A stretch of DNA of 64,000 nt from contig BCIN01000004.1 of assembly GCA_039545335.1 (NCBI GenBank), forward strand, positions 1,230,925 through 1,294,924, written 5' to 3'. A program made the position numbers and the translations under genes. Under the pieces are notes generated by a model, which saw only the letters and a list, made by a program, of their open reading frames with translations, had not been told where the DNA came from and made no database searches. The DNA comes from Kondoa subrosea (Eukaryota). Positions 40,220 through 49,838 of the stretch are shown here, one piece after another. Each line of letters begins with the position of its first letter. Within the stretch, counting starts at the first letter, position 1.

Positions 40220-40404
40220 TCTCGCCTTGTCTGGAAACCCCAAGCCCACTGACATTCTCTGCAGAGCGTTAAGTGCACCTTTGGTTCCCTTTTCGGCTGC
40301 AAATGTTGTAATGAATTGAATCGAATCGAGAAATAGCATATTGATCGCACGTAAACTATTTGAAACTATTTGTCCACTCCAATATTCCTCCTCTTCTTCT
40401 GGCC

Positions 40405-40415
40405 TCATTCACTCT

Positions 40416-40506
<91 letters not shown>

Positions 40507-41305
40507 CCCCCCCCCCCCCCCTCCTTTCTTCCCCTTTTTATGCAAACTCATCACTTCCTCCAAACTCTGCAGCTGCTGATCCTGCAATTCCATGAACCCC
40601 AAGTACTCTTGCTAAAACATATCTGTAAAGGCCTGTCTTCCTGGCTACTGAAGGTAGAATGAAGACTTTCATCACACATAAGCTCTACATCTCGTCTCTA
40701 TTGCATTCTGCTCACCGACAGGTTCTTTGATGTAGTAGAACTCTAGGTAAAGCTTGAGTGTGCCGAGATCCATGCTTAGCAGTACTTGTCCAGTTGTAAT
40801 AAGAGGTAAATCCTGCAAAAAGAAATCAGCTTAAAATCGAAAGGCACGACGAATTGACTTGACTGGAAAGTTTGATGGGAGTACACCGTTTTTGTTCGGT
40901 ACTGGTCTGAGCGGCATGAAGCGATAAGCGCTTTCATTCTTTTGACAAGAAGCCAACATCTGAGCGTTATAACTCTACTCGTGGAACGTCAACGTCTGGC
41001 GTCTTACACATCGAATAGCTTTACCTGAGCTTCTCCTACACTCCGAGACCTCGTTAACCTTAATAATTCGTGCTGCAGAGTAAGCTGACTAAGATTCTCA
41101 ATCAGTCCCGCTTGACTCTAACTGCTCGAGCAGCTTACTCTTCTGCAAGCTTTGACAGGTGTTCCAGTATCTTGGTCTGTTTCTTGGACTCCTCAGTCAA
41201 ATCAAGTAAGACCTGATCTTCTGTCGAGACAGCAATTCCATGCTCGATAGCTGTGCTGTTCCAAGTATCGTGCGAATCTGTAGAAGCGGTTGAAGCTCTA
41301 TCCAT
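40405..41305 (-). CDS. Coiled-coil protein with Mug135-like C-terminal region
   Basis: MDRAST... coiled coil, then PLRPVPNKNGVLPSNFP|DLPLITT...LKLYLEFY...RAY|QEYLG. The last exon runs through the G homopolymer. Family assignment by motif recall. Confidence 0.5.
40417..40521 (+). repeat. Poly-C (poly-G on minus) homopolymer, C87-T-C17
   Basis: Directly visible in the sequence. Confidence 0.95.
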
Positions 41306-41620
41306 TGGATCGATCAATACTATGTAGCAAGTAGAGGACGGCTAGAAGAAGAGAGATGAGTGGAATGAATCGAATCTGACAAAGGGATTCGACTTTCGCG
41401 CAATATAGGCTTGTGTTGTGCCAGCCCATGTCGGGCCTATCGTAGTATGGAAAGAAAGTGAAAAGTGTTGTCGCACGCTCTGCAAGATGCGGAAAAGTCT
41501 TTGACCATTGAGAATAATGGCAATCGCTTTTCGTTCGCAAACAGAGCTATGTCTGGCTTGCAGACTATATGAAACTGAAAGAATAACACATCAAGAGTCC
41601 AAAGGACTAGAATCATATGC

Positions 41621-42450
41621 ATGCAGCCTGCAACAGACTCGAAACATGTCAAAGTTTTGGAGGTGAAATTAAGCAACAGAACACTGCATCTGGCGCAGGA
41701 TGACGTGTTAGGCGATACAGGAGGTACTCTATGGCTCTCAGGACAAGTTGTAAGCAGATCTAGACATTCAAGTGGTTTTGATTCAAGCTGTCATTTCAGT
41801 TATCAGCTTGGTTGAGGTATGCGCAAGCCATACCGGCTTCACCTAGGAAGCGCGCGATAGAGCTAGGCAGTAGGTCGGCTGCCTTCTTCTTCTCCTGCAA
41901 AAGCTGAAGAAGAACAGGTGGAATCGGCTTACTAAGCTTGACCTTACAAGCGCTGGGCTTCGATGTTCTAGCAACTGATTCTCCTATCGTCTTTTCCCTC
42001 TTGGAGAAGAATATCGAACAGAATCGGCTTCTCGGTGGTCCCACATTGCAAGCTGAAATCTTAGACTGGTGCAGCGACGACTCGAGCTGGAGCTGGAATC
42101 GTGTTGATCAAGAAGCAACCGAAAGAGACGATATGCCTTTAGGACCACCATTTGATTTGATCGCAACGACGGACACTGTGTATATTGAAAGTCTTTTCCA
42201 GCCGCTATTGAGAACAATTCAAGCATTGGCTTCTCTCGGTACAAAAGCGCCTCAGATCTTACTTGCACTAGAAGAAAGAGACGAGAAGAGTATAGAGAAT
42301 TTCTGGAGAATAAGCGAGACGATGGGATTTAGCAAGAAAGAGATCAAAAAGGCAAAGTTAGCTAAAGCGGTTGATAAGTTCCTAGGATGGAAAAGAGAAG
42401 ACTGGGATGGAGTAAGAGTATATGAGCTATTCATTGATACCTTCGAGTGA
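41621..42450 (+). CDS. Family-16 (METTL21/EFM-type) SAM-dependent protein methyltransferase
   Basis: GDTGGTLWLSG, AIELGS|GIGL (motif I), VLATD, LDW, FDLIATTDTVY (DxxY). Confidence 0.9.
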
Positions 42451-42537
42451 TTTACCAGGGTATACAAATGCATGTACAAATAAAGTGAAAGACCATAAAA
42501 TGCTGGTAATCATGCGAAGTAACGAAGCATCTCGTTA

Positions 42538-43169
42538 TCAATCAAGGTGTGCCCAATGTCCCGGCTGCATGTTCATCAACACCAGATCACGGACTGTACG
42601 ACAAGCCAAACGACTCACAACCCTCTGCTGACACTTTGGGCAATCTGACCTGAAACCCATTGAGAACTTCTTCTTGCTTGTTGGATTGACAGACGACATG
42701 TCCGATGATCGTGAATCGTAAAGAAGAAGCTGCTGAGACTGCGACTGATCGATCATAGTAATGTCTTGCTGAGCAGGTTGACAGATCTGTTGCTCCTGCT
42801 GCTGACCGAGCTCGAGTGAAGTTCCAATGGGTGAATTGTGATGACTAGCGAGCTGCAGAGCACTCAAGCCATTGAGATCTGCCGTCTGAGGTGAATAAGT
42901 TTGAGGCGACAGAACGAAGTGCGTAGGCTGCCATGAATCAACGGCAGAGAACTGCTGAGTGGACTGGAAGGTCAAGATGGGACGTTTCTGAACAGTTCTT
43001 GAGCTTCTCAGCTCCTCAAACCAGCATGGTTGGGCGATAGGGAACTCACAGCAAGTCGAAATTCATTGATCTCGTCCAGCGAGTCCCTTCTTCGCTTGCT
43101 GCCCTTGCTACCCTGAGAACTGGCTGTTGGCTCCCTCAATTGAAAAGCTGGAGGACCATCAATGTCCAT
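42538..43169 (-). CDS. Small fungal protein with C-terminal MGxRxDCxKC...GHxxH motif, copy A
   Basis: MDIDGPPAF...KRRRDSLDE|KRP...FSMGFRSDCPKCQQRV|PGHWAHLD*. Intact, two introns. Confidence 0.8.
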
Positions 43170-43401
43170 GCTTGCTCTTGCTCTTACTTCATAGTTTGCG
43201 GAAAATCACAGTATTTGTGATTCGCAAAGTGCCGAAGAAGTCTCGACGTCACTCGCGCGCGAAGAAAAGATATGTGACAACAGCAGCCTCTATTCGAATG
43301 CAACGAGAACGTGAAAAAAGCAAATCTACAAGACACAAATTAATAACCCTAAGAAAAAGCAGGCCCAATGAAAGCAGTCAGTCGAATCGAGAAAGATGAG
43401 T

Positions 43402-43850
43402 TTAGAGCTCTTCATCAGTGAAGACTTCTTCTCCTCTCTTTCGTCTGGCCATTCGGTCCTTCTTTGCTTTCCTCGCTTCAGATGAAGTGACTGTGCACGA
43501 TCGAGCATCAAATCAGATCGATGTTCTTCTATCGCACGAGAAAGGAATACTCACGCTTCTTGGCCTTCTTCGTGGCTTCGATCTTGTTGCCCATAGCATC
43601 AAATTTGTCTTCTTCTTCATCTTTGCCCTTGTCAATTCGTGCACCTGTTCCTTGACCTTCGACCCAGTTGTGTCCTGAAGCGACAAGGTGTCCATCTTTC
43701 ATAGCCCAGGTTTCTTGGCAGATGGATTCAGAGAACTCTTGGTTGTGGGTGATGACCAGAACACCTCCTTCGAAGGATTTGAGTGCTTCAATCAGAGCTG
43801 CCAAAGATTCACGGTCCAGGTAATTTGTCGGTTCATCGAGGATGACAACC
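43402..43850 (-). pseudogene. Promoterless duplicate of the eEF3 3' end (part of the penultimate exon, the last intron and the last exon)
   Basis: Encodes [15 protein letters not shown]...[34 protein letters not shown], protein-identical to the main gene's end. No 5' part. Confidence 0.92.
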
Positions 43851-44482
43851 GTGAGGGCGACACCTAATTAGACTCGTCTTTGGCCTTCTTCGAGATGTTT
43901 GCTCCTTCCTTCATGATCTTCTTCCGCACTGAAATGACATCGATACTTGGAAGAGGTGAAGAAGCAGTAGGAGTTTCTTCAACATCATCAAACAATGCTG
44001 AAATAATGCGTTGTCGGATCAGTCTGTCCTAGATGTAAGGTTGCACTGCCGCATGTGAAGATGCTACATGCACCGCGTACGGATCTAGCAAAATGAGGTC
44101 GGAAGCTCTGGTTATGCACATAGGATGCGGTGTACGACGATCTGCAATGCTACTGACGCGATCCGCAGAGCGGTGACGCTTGCCACACTTGGGCTGAGCG
44201 AAGTTCTCCCGAGGTGAGATCAACTTGAAAAAAAAAAGAGAAATTTTTTCTCTTCCAACAACCTCTGTGCTTCCAGCACCCTAGACACATCCAAGCTCAC
44301 ACAGCATACCCTTTAAGAGAGATACTCCTTAGAGGTCAGCTCCTCTCTCGCGGGCTTGTGCCCTGGCCTGTTGCACGTTTCAAACATTTCTCATTCCTTC
44401 CTTTTCTGTCGTCTAGGCTGTTTTTACTAGAGATTGAATATATACACACACAAACAAACTAGATTTTTAGATTTCATACATC

Positions 44483-47400
44483 ATGTGAGTTGCTCTGCTT
44501 GGTTGGGCTGAGAGGCGCCACTTAAATGTGCAATCACCAGGTCTCCTGCACCTAAAGCAAACGTCGCTGCCTCTACTCCAGTCAAGCTCGATCCTTCAGC
44601 TATCAAGGATTCGCATGCAGCCGAAGCAGCAGCTGTAGATGGATCAAAGGATGAAGCCAAGATTGATATCAGCACACTTTTCACTGCCACTGATAAGATG
44701 GCTCGTGAGACTGCCGCTGAAGAACTTGTTAACCTTCTCAAGGTATGTTGCATATACATCCCTTTTTCGTCTCACATACTCATTCAAACGTCAGATCGAA
44801 GGCCCAAACGCATTCACTCGTCTCGGTCTATCAGACGCGATACAGAAGGGTCTCAACGACAAGAAGAACGTCCCAGCTCGTGAAGGTGCTTGCACTCTTA
44901 TTCAAATACTCTGCGAACAAGGTGTTGGCCATGCCGCCGAACCTTTCGTCTTCGAAAAAATCCTGCATCTTCTTGTTTCTGAAACTTTCGCCGATAAAAT
45001 CACTGGTGTCCGCCAAGCGGCTGTTGACGCCGTCCTTGCTTTGGTCAAAGTCATGACCTCATGGGCAGTACCTCTTCTTCTGCCAATCATTCTTGATCAA
45101 GTTCACAACGCCGGCAAATGGCAAGTGAAGATCGGTGGATTGGCAGTTCTTGATGAGCTCATCAAGAGCGCACCTGAACAAATCGCTTCCGCTATGCCCA
45201 ACATTATCCCGGTATTGGCGGATGTCATTCACGACACCAAGACAGATGTGAAGAAGGCTGCCCGTGCTACCCTCACCAACTCAACTGCCTTGATCTCCAA
45301 CAAGGATATTGAGAAGTTCATTCCAGCTCTTGTAAGCATCTCATCTGCATTCGCTGTACTTGACTTCCTTACCACTCTTCGCAGATTCAATGTCTGATCA
45401 AGCCAGAGGAAGAAGTACCAAAAACCATTCAGCTACTCGCTGCAACCACTTTCGTTTCTGAAGTCGACTCTCCTACTCTTGCCCTCATGGCACCTCTTCT
45501 TGCCCGTGGTCTCAATGAGCGTCTTACCGCTACTCGCCGAAAGTTGGCTGTTATCATTGTATGTTGCACTCTTCTGCTCCCGTCGAGTTCTGCTCATGCT
45601 TTCCTCAGGACAACATGACCAAGCTTGTCGACAATGAACACACTGTCCGACCTTTCGTACCTAAACTTCTGCCCGGTCTTATGAAGCTTGAAGACCAAGT
45701 CGCTGACCCTGAAGCCCGTTCAGTCGTCGCCCGCGCTATCAAGACTCTTCGTGAAACCGCAAAGGTCGAAGGTGATGGCAGCAACATGCCAGCTCCCCGT
45801 GTCGAAGACCCAGCAGAGTGCGCTAAGCACCTCATCGCTGCTGTCAAGAAGCAATTCCCTTCCACCGGTCTATCCGAGACCTCTCCACTCGTTATTTATA
45901 TTGCCCAGCTAGCCGCTAACCTATGCAACGCTCGTAACTACGAGCTTTCTGAATGGGAATCAGCTCTCGTTCGCTACGTTTCACTCGGTGTTGCGCAAGA
46001 TGCTTCCAAAGCTCAACCAATTGTCAAAGACACTCTTGAAGCCTGCGCCAAGGAAGTCGGTGAAGCTGTCGAAACCCTTGATGATGAAGAAGAGGGCGAA
46101 GATCTTTGCAACTGCACTTTCTCCCTCGCTTATGGTGCTAAGATCCTTCTCAATACTGCTACTCTTCGATTGAAGCGTGGTCACCGATATGGTCTGTGTG
46201 GTAGAAACGGTTCAGGTCAGTATTATTACTCCGATTGTATAACGCCTTTCTCATATTAATCTTTCAGGCAAATCTACCCTGATGAGAGCCATCCACAATG
46301 GTCAGGTCGAAGGTTTCCCTTCGCCCGACGAAGTCCGAACTTTCTATGTCGAGCACGGTATGTCTTGCTAGCACTGCTCTAAATTCGATGTTCACTCTTG
46401 CTTGTAGATATTGATGGTTCTGAAGCTGAAATTCCTATCGCTACCTGGATTCTTCAGGATGAGCGAATTCAAGCACCAGAATCCGAAGTCCGCGAGACTC
46501 TGGCGAAAGTCGGTTTCTCTGAAGCTAGGCAAGGAGACCCAATCGGTGGTCTGTCCGGTGGATGGAAAATGAAGTTGGCTTTGGCCCGTGCTATGTTGTT
46601 CAAGGCCGATATTCTGCTTTTGGACGAGCCAACTAACGTGAGCAATACTACTTGCGTCCTGTTCTTTCATCTGACAGCCGTTCTAGCATTTGGATGTTCT
46701 CAACGTCGCGTGGTTGATTGACTACCTCAAGTCGTAAGTCTACAACTCAGCTTGATATGAGAGTATTGCTCACGGCGCATTTCAGCCTTACTACCTGCAC
46801 CAGTATCATCGTATCGCACGACTCTGGTTTCCTCAACACTACCGTTACCGATATTCTCCACCTTAACCGCTTCAAGATCAAGAGGTATCGCGGTAACCTC
46901 GAAGCTTTCGTCAAGGCTGTGCCAGAAGCCAAAGCTTACTACGAACTCAACCCTGCTGAAGAATACCAATTCAAGCTTCCTAACCCTCCTCTTCTTGACG
47001 GTGTCAAAACCAAGGAGAAGAGTATCATGAAGATGCGTCACGTCAATTTCCAGTACCCAACGAGCAAAGTTCAACAGCTTTATGACATTACCCTTCAGTC
47101 AGTGTTCACTCTTCCGTAATTCGAGGTGTTCATAATAAGTATCTACAGAGTCTCTCTTTCATCCCGTGTCGCTGTTCTCGGACCTAACGGTTCAGGCAAA
47201 TCTACTCTTGTCAAGCTTTTGGTCGGTGAGACCGAGCCAAACATGGGTGGTGAAGTCTGGAAACATCCTAACTTGGTCATTGGTTACGTCGCCCAGCATG
47301 CTTTCCACCACATCGAGTAAGTCTGCCTTCATTGATAGTTTGAAGTCTAGCTCATTTGTTTCTGCAGTAACCATCTCGATAGCACTCCTCTTGAATACCT

Positions 47401-48410
47401 TCTCCAGCGATACCAGACCGGTGAAGATATCGAGGAATTGAGCAAAGCCAACAGACAGATTTCAGCTGAAGAAGAAAAGATCATGAAGGAAGGAGCCAAC
47501 ATCGTCATTGAAGGCCAGAAGCGAGTTATCGACGAAGTCCTTGCCCGTAAGAAGCTCAAGCAGTCTTACGAATACGAAGTCTCTTTCAAGGCTATGTCTT
47601 CATCTGAAAACAGTAAGCACTTCCTGCTATGCGATTGATATTCGGCTAAAGTCATGGCGTAGTCTGGCTTCCAAGAGACGAGCTGATCAAGCGCGGTTTC
47701 GAAAAGAAGATCATTGCTCTTGACACAAAGGAAGCTCAACGTCTTGGTCTGATGCGACCTTTGGTACGAAAGGAAGTCGAACAGCACTTCAACGACTTCG
47801 GTCTTGAGTCTGAGTTCGTAACGCACAACACCATGCGTGGTCTTTCAGGAGGTCAGAAGGTGAAGGTTGTGTAAGTCGCTATTCATCGATTTCAGCAAGA
47901 TTTCCGACTGATCAATTTTTCTTGTCTTTAGTCTGGGAGCTGCTACATGGCGTCGCCCTCACGTTGTCATTCTCGATGAACCGACAAATTACCTGGACCG
48001 TGAATCTTTGGCAGCTCTGATTGAAGCACTCAAATCCTTCGAAGGAGGTGTTCTGGTCATCACCCACAACCAAGAGTTCTCTGAATCCATCTGCCAAGAA
48101 ACCTGGGCTATGAAAGATGGACACCTTGTCGCTTCAGGACACAACTGGGTCGAAGGTCAAGGAACAGGTGCACGAATTGACAAGGGCAAAGATGAAGAAG
48201 AAGACAAATTTGATGCTATGGGCAACAAGATCGAAGCCACGAAGAAGGCCAAGAAGCGTGAGTATTCCTTTCTCGTGCGATAGAAGAACATCGATCTGAT
48301 TTGATGCTCGATCGTGCACAGTCACTTCATCTGAAGCGAGGAAAGCAAAGAAGGACCGAATGGCCAGAAGAAAGAGAGGAGAAGAAGTCTTCACTGATGA
48401 AGAACTTTAA
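44483..48410 (+). CDS. YEF3: Translation elongation factor eEF3
   Basis: ATG-only first coding exon, HEAT region ([20 protein letters not shown]), [18 protein letters not shown], two ABC cassettes ([34 protein letters not shown]), chromodomain [11 protein letters not shown], basic/acidic tail. Confidence 0.97.
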
Positions 48411-49365
48411 ACTCCTCTTTCTCGATTCGACTGACTGCTTTCATTGGGCTTGCTTTTGTTAGGGTTATTAATTTGTGTCTTGTAGATTTGCTTTTTCCAC
48501 GTTCTCGTTGCATTCGAATAGAGGCTGCTGTTGTCACATATCTTTTCTTCGCGCTCGAGCGACAGCGAGACTTCTTTGGCACTTTGCAAATCACAAATAA
48601 CGTAATTTTCCGCAAACTATGAAGTGAGAGCAAGAGCAAGCATGGACATTGATGGTCCTCCAGCTTTTCGATTGAGGGAGTCGACAGCCAGTCCTCAGAG
48701 TAGCAAGGGCAGCAAGCGAAGAAGGGACTCGCTGGACGAGATCAATGAATTTCGACTTGCTGTGAGTTTCCCATCACCCAAGCATGCTGGTTTGAGGAGC
48801 TGAGAAGCTCAGGATCTGTTCAGAAACGTCCTATCTTGACCTTTCAATCCACTCAGCAATTCTCTTCTGCTAATCCATGGCAGCCTTCGCACTTCGTTCT
48901 GTCGCCTCAAACTTATTCACCTCAAACGGCGGACCTCAATGGTCTGAGTGCTCTGCAGCTCGCTAGTCATCACAATTCTCCTATTGAAACTTCACTCGAG
49001 CTCGGTCAGCAGGAGGAGCAACAGATCTCTCAACCTGTCCAGCAAGACATTACTATGGATGATCAGCCGCAGTCGCAGCAGCTTCTTCTTTACGAGTCGC
49101 TATCATCGAACATGTCGTCTGTTAATCCAACAAGCAAGAAGAAGTTCTCAATGGGTTTCAGGTCAGATTGCCCAAAGTGTCAGCAGAGGGTTGTGAGTCG
49201 TTTGGCTTGTCTTACAGTCCGTGATCTGGTGTTGATGAACATGCAGCCGGGACATTGGGCACATCTTGATTGAGGTCAAGATGCTTCGTTACTTCGCATG
49301 ATCACCAGCATTTTATGGTCTTTCACTTTATTAGTACATGCATTTGTATACCGCGGTAATCACTA
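47951..49365 (+). repeat. Right arm of ~1.4-kb inverted repeat (partner 42446-43860)
   Basis: Contains the eEF3 3' end, the intergenic region and the small CxxC gene with its 3' UTR. Confidence 0.97.
48642..49273 (+). CDS. Small fungal protein with C-terminal MGxRxDCxKC...GHxxH motif, copy B
   Basis: Same exon structure as copy A. Several amino-acid differences in the middle region, identical C-terminal motif. Confidence 0.8.
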
Positions 49366-49838
49366 TCATCTCTCTGAGCATTCAATGGCCTCACGTGCCC
49401 ACATCATGTTCATTTTCTCTTTCTTGCTGTATCCTCTCCTTGCGCGCGTAAGATATCGTTCAAATGCGCAAATCTTGTTAGTCTCTCACAAGAGCCAGTC
49501 TGGATCTGCTTGTCGGAGATGGGCATGATGACTCGCCGGTTGGGGCATTGACAATGTTTTAGCAGCGCAAAGTAGTCACTTTGTGGGTTCAATCATTTTC
49601 TATATCACAAGTTGCGTGGAGATCGCTAAGGCAAGTCCGAGCTGTGTTCTCTACTAGTACTCGATACGACAAGCGTCATTTCACTTGGCAATGCCGACTT
49701 GCCCGCCTTTCATCGCCGATTAAGGTTTCCGGCACAAGAGCGGGAATGAGGTAATGTCAATCTTCGTAATCGACAATTGCGCTTTGATCGAAAATTTTCG
49801 AGTCTTGTTCTCACCAACGACAGCCTCACTACGTAGCT

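Larger units (their letters stand above)
42446..43860 (-). repeat. Left arm of ~1.4-kb inverted repeat (partner 47951-49365)
   Basis: Its reverse complement aligns by eye along the whole length of 47951-49365. Identical over ~43444-43840; roughly 90-95% identical further out. Confidence 0.97.

Noticed and set aside
40341..40662. Poly-proline ORFs on the plus strand
   Set aside because: A trivial product of the C homopolymer.
43529..43804. Stand-alone 91-aa ABC-protein gene
   Set aside because: It starts at a TTG inside the duplicated eEF3 exon; it is the orphan eEF3 tail.
43867..44223. New chimeric gene on the minus strand upstream of eEF3
   Set aside because: An open stretch ending [18 protein letters not shown] exists, but the most plausible splice from the upstream ATG is out of frame.
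42446..49365. Inverted repeats as transposon TIRs or LTRs
   Set aside because: The arms consist of host gene sequence, the core holds only eEF3, and no transposase or target-site duplication is visible.
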